A stretch of DNA of 64,000 bases, from positions 1,184,001-1,248,000 of the forward strand of contig OZ243961.1 of the NCBI GenBank assembly GCA_965214605.1. Reading direction: 5' to 3'. A program made the position numbers and the translations under genes. Below, piece by piece: positions 11,020 to 20,700 of this stretch (its first letter is position 1; each line of letters starts with the position of its first letter). The notes beneath the pieces were generated by a model. That model was not told the origin of the DNA. It saw nothing but the letters and a program-made list of their open reading frames with translations, and searched no databases. This stretch comes from an uncultured Candidatus Binatia bacterium (lineage in GTDB: Bacteria; Desulfobacterota; Binatia; Bin18).

Positions 11020-12075
11020 TGGGGCTTGTACCCCTTTTGCCCGTCCTGAGCGACCGATCGACGCAGCAATTCGGCAGCCTTTACTGCTGCGGTCACCTCC
11101 TCGGCAAGCGTACGGTATCCCTAAAGCGCTTGAAACGACGTTGGAGGCCTCTGCTCTCATGGGCTCGGCTCCCGAGAATCCTCCCCGCGCGCAAAAGTAC
11201 GCAACCAGGGTTTCGTGGGGGCGGTGCGGGGCAGGGCCGCCACCTTCCCCGCGCCTAACAGTAGGTACTGGAACAGAGCTGCGATTGATGACGCCGCCCC
11301 CCTGTTCCAGACGGACGAGTAGAGCACTCTGGCAGCGACGCGGTAGAGATGCCTTAAGGTCGAGCAATTCCCGGCAGCCAAGCGCCTTGCACTACGGGCC
11401 GACTTTGTGCTGAAGATCAGCGCGGAGAATGAGAAGGGCAGCGGCAGAGCAGTTGCATCACTTTCCCGGTTCAGACTCTTCGATAGGCCTTGCGGCGATA
11501 ATGTGGTACGCCAATTCGTAGGTCAAAGTGAGACGCCAATGTTCAAGATTGCCAACGATCAATCACTGGAACGTCCGCCTCCCACCTTTACACCGAACCA
11601 TGCAGGCGAAGCCCGACACCTTGTGGGGGAAGTCTTCGATAAGGACTTTGATGCCTTTCTCTTTCAGCAGCCCGCTCATATTGGGAAGAGGGGTGGGACC
11701 AAGCTCCCGGTTGTTCGCGCAGCCTACCAGCCGGGTCTTCAGCGCGGGCAATGGACGCGGATATTAAATCAGGGCGGTTCCATTCGGCCCTGTTGAGTTC
11801 CAGGAGCCGTCCAACCCAGAGATATCGTTCAATGCCTTCAAGAACAGCCACCTCGACCGCGGCATGATGTCGGGTGCGCTGCCGGTGGCGGCCTTGACCC
11901 GGACCTTCACCCCGCTAAGCCCGGGAGTGTCAAGCGTGACCGGATACGTCGGACTCACATCAAGCGCTTGGGTGGACCTGAGCGGTCATGGCATGATTCA
12001 TTTTTGGATCAAATCATGTAGGGACAGGCCGGGTCGTCCCCAGTCAGTTTGAGACGAAGTCGGTCAAGGCCGTTT
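11020..12075 (-). pseudogene. Decayed XRE-HTH + ImmA/IrrE (peptidase M78) protein
   Basis: GLSLHDL, ALDVSPTY, VLEGIERYL, LGPTPLPNMSGLLKEKGIKV..VSG, RLTLTYELAYH (eroded HExxH), ELLDLK, KAAELL across frames. Confidence 0.72.
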
Positions 12076-12289
12076 GCCGTCGAAGGGGCCGTGAACGTAA
12101 GCTCGCCGGGAGGAGTTCAACAACTGGGAGGATGAACAGGTCCGGGTTGACTAAATTCGCAACTCGGGCAATGACATGGAGCTGGAGGCAGCGCTCAATG
12201 GGAGAGCGGCATGTAATGTTGAACCACTACAGCTTCCTCACTCGCGCGATGAAGCTGTGGTCTGATCATGAATCAAGAAGAGGACCAGT

Positions 12290-13057
12290 ATGAGCGGAAG
12301 ATTAGCTAACAAGGTCGCCCTGATTACCGGAGCCGGCGGCGGCCAAGGCCGGGCCGCGGCAGTGATGTTCGCCCAAGAGGGCGCCAAGGTGGTTGTGACC
12401 GATATCAAGGGCGAAGGCGGACACGAGACGGTTGAGCAGGTCAAAGCGGCTGGCGGTCAGGCGATCTTTCACAATACCGATGTCTCACAGGCGGCGGACC
12501 TCCAGGCCGCCGTGGGCCGGACAGTCGACACCTACGGCCGTCTGCACATCCTGTATAACAACGCCGCCGTGCTGCATAAGCAGGACACGACGGTGACCGA
12601 ACTCGAAGAGGACCTGTGGGACTTGGTGATTGGGGTCAACCTCAAGAGCATCTACCTAGGCTGCAAATACGCCATTCCAGAAATAACCAAGGCGGGTGGC
12701 GGCTCAATCATCAACGTGTCATCCTTGGCCGGGTTGTTGGGCGTCGGCAATGTGCATGCGTACACTGCGGCCAAAGGCGGGGTGATTTCGCTCACTCGGG
12801 CGATTGCCACAACCTATGCGGCCAAGAACATCCGCTGCAACGTCATCTGCCCCGGCGCGGTTGATACGCCGATGATGGCCCATGTGCTGCACGGCTCGAA
12901 TCCCAAGCGGATGGAACGGGTAGCCAAGAGTCATCCGCTCGGGCGTGTGGGTGCGCCGCAGGATATCGCCTCAATGGGCTTATTTTTGGCCTCAGACGAG
13001 TCGTCATGGGTGACGGGCTCGGTATTCACCGTTGACGGGGGATATGCCGCGCAGTGA
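12290..13057 (+). CDS. SDR oxidoreductase (classical)
   Basis: TGAGGGQG, NNAA, YTAAK, CPGAVDTPM, VDGG. Confidence 0.92.
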   Translation: MSGRLANKVALITGAGGGQGRAAAVMFAQEGAKVVVTDIKGEGGHETVEQVKAAGGQAIFHNTDVSQAADLQAAVGRTVDTYGRLHILYNNAAVLHKQDTTVTELEEDLWDLVIGVNLKSIYLGCKYAIPEITKAGGGSIINVSSLAGLLGVGNVHAYTAAKGGVISLTRAIATTYAAKNIRCNVICPGAVDTPMMAHVLHGSNPKRMERVAKSHPLGRVGAPQDIASMGLFLASDESSWVTGSVFTVDGGYAAQ

Positions 13058-13656
13058 CAAACAGGGCCGCAGGGTCGTTGGGACAGAGCTGGTTCTTCCC
13101 TCTCCATCAATCTCGTCACAGTCACGTATATCTTGGGGGGTAAATCCTACAGGGATAAGCTGGCTAGTTATCGGTCCAGTTTTGGACCTCCACCATCGAT
13201 GACCGGTTCCGAGGATTGAAGGAGCACCAACAATTACTGAGATAACTGGAAACTGATATTTGCTACAAATGGCCAAGGTATTGCATCAACCAGACCAGCG
13301 TGACAGTGACAGCCATGAACCGACGGGCAAGGTTCTGGCGGCCATTGGTTGCCATCATCCAGCCCCCACCCACAACATACGCCTCAATACGCTTCTTAGT
13401 CGCATTCTTGAACCTTCCTTCCGAGGTATATACCAGAACGTCGTTTACGAGCGCATCCAGGGGCGGTCACCCTTCGTATGACGCTGTTGGAGCCTCCTCT
13501 TAATGTCCTTGTACGCAGTGGCATCCATCTCAGCCAACCCGCGAATCTTTCTTGGAAAAGGCCACCCATACCACGAGGGCGGAGAGAACAATACTAAACC
13601 CTAGAGTCAGGGGTCGAGAAGGAAGCGATGACAGGACCAAGGACATCAACTGCTGT

Positions 13657-13962
13657 TCAGCCAATATCGACCCTGAGCACCCCGTCTTCGACTTGGAGCG
13701 GATGGATTCGCAGCCGCATGGCCGCATTAGTGACGCTGCACGCCCGTCGCAGGTCGAAGCGGAAGCGGTGCCACGGACAGGTCACCACCGTCCCTTTGAG
13801 CCAGCCCCGACTTAAGGGGCCGCCCTTGTGGGGGCAGGCATTTTCGGCTGCAAAAAATTCGCCGCCGTCATTGCAGACGGCGAGCTGTCTGCCGGCGACC
13901 TTCACACTCACAAGCCTTCCCGGCGGGAAGGCCTCAATAGCTCCAAGTACTACCCACGCCAT
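13657..13962 (-). CDS. Rieske [2Fe-2S] ferredoxin
   Basis: CPH...CPWH; start moved to ATG 13962, 8 nt after the upstream stop. Confidence 0.88.
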   Translation of the reverse strand: MAWVVLGAIEAFPPGRLVSVKVAGRQLAVCNDGGEFFAAENACPHKGGPLSRGWLKGTVVTCPWHRFRFDLRRACSVTNAAMRLRIHPLQVEDGVLRVDIG

Positions 13963-13970
13963 ATCCAGCC

Positions 13971-14561
13971 TCACCAACTCTGGCGGGCCGCCTGCGCCTC
14001 GGGCGTATCCCGCTCGGTAAAAAAGCTGTAGGCAAAAGGATGCAGGCCGCCACACGCCCGACAGGTCCGCAGGGAGGGATCGGTATTAAATTGCTCTACC
14101 GCCCGCCCCTCCTCATCCCAGAGTCCACGCCAGCCGTCCTGGGCCGTCTCATACACCACTTCGTGCACCACCGTGCCACACTGGGAACAATACCAGCGCA
14201 GCCGATCGCGCTGATAGGCGGAAGGGGTTCCACCCACGATGATGGTGTAATAGGCACTGTCCCGCCACTCGGCCCGAATCCAGATGCGATCCGTATCACT
14301 GACCGCCCAGTAGCCCAGCAGCGAGGCCACATGGTGCGGCACCCCGGCTTTAATCAGGTGCATCAGCCGCTCACCCTGCTGGGGGATCTCCAGAATACCC
14401 TCGGGCAGCATTTCAAATAGCCGGAATTGGGGCCCAGCCAAGGGCAACCGAGCACTCCAGATGCGGTAATCAAACGCCTCCTGCCATCTGCCGAGCGCGG
14501 CCAAATCCTCAGGATTAGTGACAGAGGCGGTATAGTTCCGAAGCGGGATCTTATGGGGCAT
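13971..14561 (-). CDS. Hypothetical protein with 3-hydroxyanthranilate dioxygenase-like rubredoxin C-terminus (paralog B)
   Basis: DRLRWYCSQCG...FNTDPSLRTCRACGGLHP matches the HAO C-terminal Cys4 site. Confidence 0.7.
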   Translation of the reverse strand: MPHKIPLRNYTASVTNPEDLAALGRWQEAFDYRIWSARLPLAGPQFRLFEMLPEGILEIPQQGERLMHLIKAGVPHHVASLLGYWAVSDTDRIWIRAEWRDSAYYTIIVGGTPSAYQRDRLRWYCSQCGTVVHEVVYETAQDGWRGLWDEEGRAVEQFNTDPSLRTCRACGGLHPFAYSFFTERDTPEAQAARQSW

Positions 14562-14586
14562 GAGCTGTGACTTCCGTATCTCCGTC

Positions 14587-15237
14587 CTACCATTTGGCGC
14601 GCGCTTGGCGCTCGGCCGGCGTATCTTTACGCGACTGCCAGCAATACCCTTCCAGGTTCACGGTTCCGCACTCAGGACAAGTCCGGTTTCGGCTATCGCT
14701 ATTATATTCAGTCACTGCCGCCCGCTCGGCCTTCCAAAAACCGCCCATCCCTTTTTCACCGGTCGGATACACCCGCTCGAAGAGCAGGGTCAAGCACTCC
14801 AGACAGTACCAGGCAAACCGATCGCATTCGGTCTCTTCCGGCCTCTGTTGAATCAGCAGAAAGGGGATCTGCCCATTTTCGTCCGGCGGCAGGGGCAGAA
14901 ACAACTCGTCTCGGTCGTTGATATGCCAGTAGCCAAAATAATTGACCGCGTGATGTGGCATGCCGCCCACAACGACACTAATGTCAAGCGGTTTGGGCGG
15001 ATCGGTCAGCTTGGTCAGCCCCATGTACGGCTCGATCAGCCAGATCTCGCTGAGCTGGCCGCCCGAGATAGCATCAAGAACACCGGACTCGGTCGGAGCG
15101 TAATGGCGGACACCAATCACCTGTTGGCCGGCTTCCTTAAAGCCGGAAAACTTGCCAATCACCCGCTCGCTCAGAAAGTCCCAATCGCCCATGACCTTTT
15201 CGATAGGCTCTGTAATGTAGAGATTCGGAAACGACAT
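14587..15237 (-). CDS. Hypothetical protein, 3-hydroxyanthranilate dioxygenase-like (paralog A)
   Basis: YWHINDRDE (H-x5-E), QQRP..DRFAWYCLEC...RTCPECG. Confidence 0.7.
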   Translation of the reverse strand: MSFPNLYITEPIEKVMGDWDFLSERVIGKFSGFKEAGQQVIGVRHYAPTESGVLDAISGGQLSEIWLIEPYMGLTKLTDPPKPLDISVVVGGMPHHAVNYFGYWHINDRDELFLPLPPDENGQIPFLLIQQRPEETECDRFAWYCLECLTLLFERVYPTGEKGMGGFWKAERAAVTEYNSDSRNRTCPECGTVNLEGYCWQSRKDTPAERQARAKW

Positions 15238-15288
15238 ACACTACCTCGTGCTGTTTTAGACAAACACAATGACGTGTCAGGAGTCAGT

Positions 15289-16389
15289 TCAGGCCCGATC
15301 CTCCCGGACCACCCGTCCGCTACCCGTGGTGTTGGCTCCCTCAGTCTCGGAAAACTCAGGCATGACCTCTTCTGCAAATAGACGCATTGAGCGACGCACC
15401 TGCTGCTGGCTCAGACTGCCGTAGGCGAAGAACAGAATCATGTATTGCAGGTCTTCCAGAAACTCTTGGTGACGTCTGATGAGGCGGATACACGTGTCCG
15501 GGCTGCCGATCAAGAGCATGCCGAGGTCCATCAGCTCGTTTAAGTCACCCCGTGCTGCGGCGTCAAACGTCCCCTTCAAATAGGAGTACGAAGATGACTG
15601 AGCCATTTCGTCCGGTTTGGCCAATTTGAGCAGCTGTTGCCAACGCGCGGCCAAGGTCGGCAGCACCTCGGCTTTGGCCTGATCGTCACTCGCCGCCAGA
15701 TAGACATGGCGAGTCGGAACCAAACCAACGTGGTCTATAGTGTGGCCGTGTTTGGCGTTGTCCTGTTTGTAGATGGCCCAGTGCTGCTGCATAACCGGAA
15801 GCAGGGTGTAGACCTCCATACACGGATAGTTGTGTGTTGCCGCCCAGCGAACCGAGGCCTCAGACAGCCCAGCGGTCCAAACTGGAGGGTGCGGCTTCTG
15901 GACCGGCCGAATTTCGAGCCGGGTCCGGGGGATATTCACAAATTGGCCTTGATATGAAAACGTGTCCTGCGTCCAGGCCCGGAGCACGGCTTGGTGGGTT
16001 TCGTGAAAGATCTGACGGCTCTGCTCATGATCGACCTGCCATGGAACAAATTCGCCCGGCTGAATGCCCCGACCAATGCCCCACAGCAAACGCCCATCGC
16101 TCATCATATCCAGCATCGCACCCTCTTCGGCTAAACGCAGGGGGTGGTGAAACGGCAACACATTGACCGCCGGTCCCAGCTTGATCCGACTGGTCCGCTG
16201 AGCGGCCGAGGCGACCATCAAGTTGGGAGAGGCAATCATGCTATAGGTAGAAAAATGGTGCTCGGCAAACCAAAAGCTATCGTAGCCGAGTTGCTCAGCA
16301 TACACAACTTGTTCCAGATTCTCTTTGAACAACTGCTGAACGCTCCGCTCATCGGCCTTGGTGATGGTTGAGAAAATCCCGAATTTCAC
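15289..16389 (-). CDS. LLM-class (luciferase-like) flavin-dependent monooxygenase
   Basis: MKFGIF, WFAEHHF, HPLRLAEE, GIGRG, PVQKPHPP, FAEEVMP. Confidence 0.92.
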   Translation of the reverse strand: MKFGIFSTITKADERSVQQLFKENLEQVVYAEQLGYDSFWFAEHHFSTYSMIASPNLMVASAAQRTSRIKLGPAVNVLPFHHPLRLAEEGAMLDMMSDGRLLWGIGRGIQPGEFVPWQVDHEQSRQIFHETHQAVLRAWTQDTFSYQGQFVNIPRTRLEIRPVQKPHPPVWTAGLSEASVRWAATHNYPCMEVYTLLPVMQQHWAIYKQDNAKHGHTIDHVGLVPTRHVYLAASDDQAKAEVLPTLAARWQQLLKLAKPDEMAQSSSYSYLKGTFDAAARGDLNELMDLGMLLIGSPDTCIRLIRRHQEFLEDLQYMILFFAYGSLSQQQVRRSMRLFAEEVMPEFSETEGANTTGSGRVVREDRA

Positions 16390-16471
16390 CAGCTCCTCCT
16401 CGGACTAGAACTGCTAGTAAGTATATCACCGATCGGATGGAGATGATATGAGGAGAGCAAAGGAGACAGCC

Positions 16472-18265
16472 ATGATTGTCCCAGCACGCAAAGAGTATAA
16501 AGTCGTCACTGAACAAAATGTTCCGATGAAAACGCGCGACGGGATAACTCTGTACGCTGACGTCATCCGCCCCGACTCAGCCGAACGCTTTCCCATTCTA
16601 CTGAGCCGCACGCCATACGGCAAAACGGCGACAGCCGATCCCAACGGACCCAACGCCTTGTACGCCCGCTATGGCTACGTGTCGGTCGTCCAAGACTGTC
16701 GCGGCCGCTTTGAGTCTGAGGGCGAATACAACACTATCTTTCAAGAGGCGGTCGACGGCTATGACGCGGTGGAGTGGTCGGCTAGGCTCCCCTGGTCAAA
16801 TGGTCGGGTGGGCACGACCGGCCAGTCGTATCTGGGGTTGACCCAGTACCTGATCGCCTGTAACACCCCCATGCCACCGTCTCTCCAGTGCATGGCCCCG
16901 GTCTCGGCCTCAGCCGATTATCACGCCAGCTGGATCTATCACACCGGCGGAGTATCCAAGTGGGGCTGGATGGTCCCCTATGCCCTGTTCAAGGGTCTGA
17001 ACACGCTCAAGCGCCAGGGACGTAAAGATCTGATAGAAAAGATGAAAGAGTATGTCGAAGGGGGCGATCCGGTCGGGCCCCGAATGACCCGCTGGGGCTT
17101 GAACGCTTTTACTCCATTGACCGACAAATGGTACCGTCATCTGCCGATCAAAGACTGGGGCGAGATCCTCAAAGAGGCCGCCCCGTACATGGCCGAACAC
17201 ATCGCCCAGGCCGACGACGGTCCCTACTGGTACCGAGCCAACGTAAACCACTTCGCCGAAACGATCACAACCCCCATGCTCCACGTTACCTCGTGGTACG
17301 ATACCTTTGCCGAGGGCGGACCGGCCGCCTATCAGAGCATCAGCACCAAGAGCCAATTCGAGGCGGCCCGAACCGGTCAGCGTCTGATCATCGGGCCGTG
17401 GGGCCACCTGCTGCCCTACACCTCACCGACCTCGCGCGGAGCCGGAGACGTCGACTTTGGCCCGAACGCCCTGATCGACCTGAATGAGACCCTGCTGCGC
17501 TGGTTTGACTATTGGCTGAAGGACGTCGCCAACGGCATCATGGACGAGCCGCCGGTCAGCGTTTTCACCCTGGGAGAGAACCGCTGGCAGCAGCTGGCCG
17601 ACTGGCCGCCACCCAATATGCGCCAGGTACGTTACTTCCTGCACAGCGCTGGTGCGGCTAACAGCCTGAGCGGGGACGGGAGGCTGTCAACCGCACCGCC
17701 CAGTCAGGAGCCATCCGACAGCTACACCTACGATCCCGACGATCCGGTCCCCTCACTTGGTGGCAATAACCTCACCATTGACATGGGCGTGCAAGATCAA
17801 CGCCTAGTTGAAGAGCGCAGCGACGTCCTGGTCTATACTTCAGACCCCCTCAGCCAGCCGCTAGAGATCACCGGGCCGGTGATGGTCAGCCTGTGGGCGG
17901 CATCTTCAGCTGTCGATACCGACTTCACCGCCAAGCTCGTGGACGTCCACCCCGACGGCTATGCCCAGAATCTGCTCAACGGCGTTATCCGGACCCGCTA
18001 TCGGGATTCGATGGCTACCCCCCAGCTAATGGAAGCGGGCAAATCCTATCAGTTTACAATCGATCTGTGGGCAACGAGCAATGTCTTCCTGCCGGGTCAT
18101 CGCATCCGGCTGGAAATTAGCTCCAGCCACTTCCCCGAGTTCGACCGCAACCTGAATACCGGTCAGCCGTTTGGCGAGGGTACCCAGGGCGTGATCGCCC
18201 AGCAGACCGTGTTCCACCAAGAAGACCGGGCTTCATACGTCTTGTTGCCGCTGATGCCTAGGTAG
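16472..18265 (+). CDS. CocE/NonD family hydrolase
   Basis: RTPYGK, QDCRGRFESEG, GQSYLG nucleophile, IIGPWGH, SSHFPEFDRN; ATG 16472 after AAGGAG. Confidence 0.93.
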   Translation: MIVPARKEYKVVTEQNVPMKTRDGITLYADVIRPDSAERFPILLSRTPYGKTATADPNGPNALYARYGYVSVVQDCRGRFESEGEYNTIFQEAVDGYDAVEWSARLPWSNGRVGTTGQSYLGLTQYLIACNTPMPPSLQCMAPVSASADYHASWIYHTGGVSKWGWMVPYALFKGLNTLKRQGRKDLIEKMKEYVEGGDPVGPRMTRWGLNAFTPLTDKWYRHLPIKDWGEILKEAAPYMAEHIAQADDGPYWYRANVNHFAETITTPMLHVTSWYDTFAEGGPAAYQSISTKSQFEAARTGQRLIIGPWGHLLPYTSPTSRGAGDVDFGPNALIDLNETLLRWFDYWLKDVANGIMDEPPVSVFTLGENRWQQLADWPPPNMRQVRYFLHSAGAANSLSGDGRLSTAPPSQEPSDSYTYDPDDPVPSLGGNNLTIDMGVQDQRLVEERSDVLVYTSDPLSQPLEITGPVMVSLWAASSAVDTDFTAKLVDVHPDGYAQNLLNGVIRTRYRDSMATPQLMEAGKSYQFTIDLWATSNVFLPGHRIRLEISSSHFPEFDRNLNTGQPFGEGTQGVIAQQTVFHQEDRASYVLLPLMPR

Positions 18266-18345
18266 TGCCTCGCTTTGTGTCAGAGTGCTGCTGACCCCTC
18301 GGTCGAACGTTGAAAACCCGCTCAGTTGAAAGCCGAGTCTGTATG

Positions 18346-18384
18346 GTTGCTCCCCCGGCGCTCCGGGGCAGCAACTGTTTCTTT
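18346..18384 (+). terminator. Probable intrinsic terminator
   Basis: GTTGCT-c-CCCCGG / CCGGGG-c-AGCAAC hairpin followed by TGTTTCTTT, downstream of cocE. Confidence 0.6.
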
Positions 18385-18580
18385 GGCAGGCTAGTATGTC
18401 GCACTTGGTGTTTGTCTTTAATCAGATTGAACCGCTCTGCAGAGCGTGCAACACCACCGGCCGTAGGCCTGCGGGCTGGAACCGCGGCCGTTCACCGTCC
18501 CGGCCAAGCCAATGGAGGAACGGAACGTATCAGCCTCAGAGAAGACAGACCTGTCCATTCCGCGCTCTACCCTAAAACAC

Positions 18581-19552
18581 CTACGCACAACACAGGTCTG
18601 GCTCATCGGCGGTATGCCCGTGCTGCTCGGCCCGGAGTCGGCGCATACCGTCGAACATGCTCTGGACATCAAGAGGCTGCTCAAGGTCTTTGCGAAATTC
18701 CTGATACAGCCGCATAATGTTGGGTAAAATGCGCTCGGGCTCACGCCAACTGGCATAAATGCCGAGCTTCACATCCCGCGCGGCCTGCTCTTCCGTCATG
18801 CCCAGATCAAAGCGTTTCTTGGCCTCTCGACGTACCAGCGCCAGATAGGCCCGCATTTCGCGCAGTTCTTTTTTGCCGCCGATCGGTCCATGACCGGGCA
18901 CGATGGTCTCCACATCCATCTTGAGTAGCCGATCGGCCACCTTGATCCAGTTGCCGACGTGGCCCTGAAAAGCCAGCGGGGTGACATAGTAAAAGGCCAG
19001 ATCGCCGGCAAACAGCAGCTTGTCCTGAGGCAGGTACACAAAGGCATCACCGAAGGTGTGGGCCGGTCCGAGGTGGCGCAACTCGACCTCACGTCCGGAC
19101 TGATGAAAGACCAGACGCTCTTCGAACGTCACTGTGGGCAGTTTGGGCTTGAGCCTAGGAAACTCTTTGGCAAAACGCGGAATACGCTGCTGGTAGGCTT
19201 CAACCGCGATACCACTGCGGACCATCTCGTCCCGGCACTTGCTGTGACCCACGATCTCGGCCTCACGGAAGAGGAAGTTCCCGCCGCTGTGGTCAATATG
19301 ATGATGGGTATTCACCAGCCGTGAAACCGGCCGTTTGCTGAGCTTTTTAATCGAGGCCAAAAAACGCTTGGTCATCGACGGCACCATCAGCGCGTCAACT
19401 GCCATATTACCGTTGCGGTCGAGCAGCAGCCCGGCGTTACTGACCCCCAACTCACCGAACGCCTGAATATAGGCGTAGACCTTGGGAGCGATCTCTTCGA
19501 GACCGGTCTGCCAGCTCGCCGGCGTAATAAAATTGGTCTGCACGATGCTCAT
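18581..19552 (-). CDS. MBL-fold metallo-hydrolase (cyclase-like)
   Basis: NTHHHIDHSGGN, AHTFGD, VPGHG. Confidence 0.9.
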   Translation of the reverse strand: MSIVQTNFITPASWQTGLEEIAPKVYAYIQAFGELGVSNAGLLLDRNGNMAVDALMVPSMTKRFLASIKKLSKRPVSRLVNTHHHIDHSGGNFLFREAEIVGHSKCRDEMVRSGIAVEAYQQRIPRFAKEFPRLKPKLPTVTFEERLVFHQSGREVELRHLGPAHTFGDAFVYLPQDKLLFAGDLAFYYVTPLAFQGHVGNWIKVADRLLKMDVETIVPGHGPIGGKKELREMRAYLALVRREAKKRFDLGMTEEQAARDVKLGIYASWREPERILPNIMRLYQEFRKDLEQPLDVQSMFDGMRRLRAEQHGHTADEPDLCCA

Positions 19553-19599
19553 GTTGCCGTCCTTGCATCACATCCGAGGCCGTGAGAGCACGCTGCCGC

Positions 19600-20700
19600 T
19601 CACAGCTTAAACAGCTGGGCCGCGTTGTGGTTGAAGATTTTCTTCTTCAGCGTCTCGGAGATATCGGTCCGCTCGCGTAACACCTTGACCGAGTCGGGAC
19701 AGATACAGTCCCAATGTGAGTAGTCGGATGCGTATATCAGCCGCTCTTCGCCGACCATCTGGGCGACGTATGGGATTGTCGTTTCTTCGGGTTCAACCGC
19801 GTAAAAACAATTCTCACTCTTCATCCAGTCGATCGGATCACGGCTCTGCCACGGGGTCTGGTGCGACAACAGCTCATAGTGCTCGTGCAGCCGGTCCATC
19901 AGCCACGGCACCCATCCGGCCCCAGCCTCCATAAAAGCGACCTTGAGTTTGGGAAAGCGCTCCAGAATCCCACCCGCCACAAACGAGGCCGCTGCCAGCA
20001 TGGAATCGAGCGGATAAAAAGCGTGTTTGAAGACATAGCGGTCAAAACGGTCAATTCCCGCCGAATTGGTCGAGATGATGTGGACATAGATTGGTACGTC
20101 CAGCCCTTGGGCTTCCCGCCAAATCGGATCAAACGCCTCATCGTGGAGCAGCTTGCCGCCAAAATTGGTCAGGACCTGAACGCCAATCATGCCCAGCTGT
20201 TCAACTGCCCGCCGGATCTCTTTGCTAGCCGCCTGAGGATCCTGCATAGGGATCATGGCAATACCTTTGAGCCGCTCGGGATAAGGCTGACAATATTCCG
20301 CTAACCAGTTGTTATAGGCGCTTGAAACCGCCACGGCCAGCCCCACATCCTCAATCGACGCAGCCGCTCCCAGACCGACAAAGGTGCCGAACAGGGCTGC
20401 AATATCGATGCCCTCATAGTCCATGTCAGGAATACGTTTATGCGGGTCCTGCATCCCTTCCCGATCCCAGCCCCACTGATGGGTCGGCTTGTTGGGTTCG
20501 GGCCACATGCCGAGTTGGCCATAAAAATCGCGACGACTCGGCCACAGCTTGCCCTCCACAATCATATGCCGTCTACCGTCCGGATAGCTCACCCAGCAGG
20601 GGGCATCACGGCGATACTTCTCGGGTAGCCGCTCTGCCCAGTTGACCGCTTTTTCATCAACATGGCCGTCGGCGTCAATCACTGGATAGTCAAGTTTCAT
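19600..20700 (-). CDS. Amidohydrolase_2 family protein
   Basis: IDADGH, DMDYEGID, AYNNW, ERFPKLK..MEAG, ASDYSHWD. Confidence 0.92.
   Translation of the reverse strand: MKLDYPVIDADGHVDEKAVNWAERLPEKYRRDAPCWVSYPDGRRHMIVEGKLWPSRRDFYGQLGMWPEPNKPTHQWGWDREGMQDPHKRIPDMDYEGIDIAALFGTFVGLGAAASIEDVGLAVAVSSAYNNWLAEYCQPYPERLKGIAMIPMQDPQAASKEIRRAVEQLGMIGVQVLTNFGGKLLHDEAFDPIWREAQGLDVPIYVHIISTNSAGIDRFDRYVFKHAFYPLDSMLAAASFVAGGILERFPKLKVAFMEAGAGWVPWLMDRLHEHYELLSHQTPWQSRDPIDWMKSENCFYAVEPEETTIPYVAQMVGEERLIYASDYSHWDCICPDSVKVLRERTDISETLKKKIFNHNAAQLFKL

Noticed and set aside
10650-11420. Possible structured RNA or c-di-GMP-I riboswitch (ACGCAAAGCC near 10946)
   Set aside because: The rest of the consensus is absent; the region is explained by the antisense PIN/ImmA pseudogenes
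12224-12261. Hairpin ACTACAGCTTC...GAAGCTGTGGT upstream of an SDR
   Set aside because: Single stem with no U-tract or known riboswitch features
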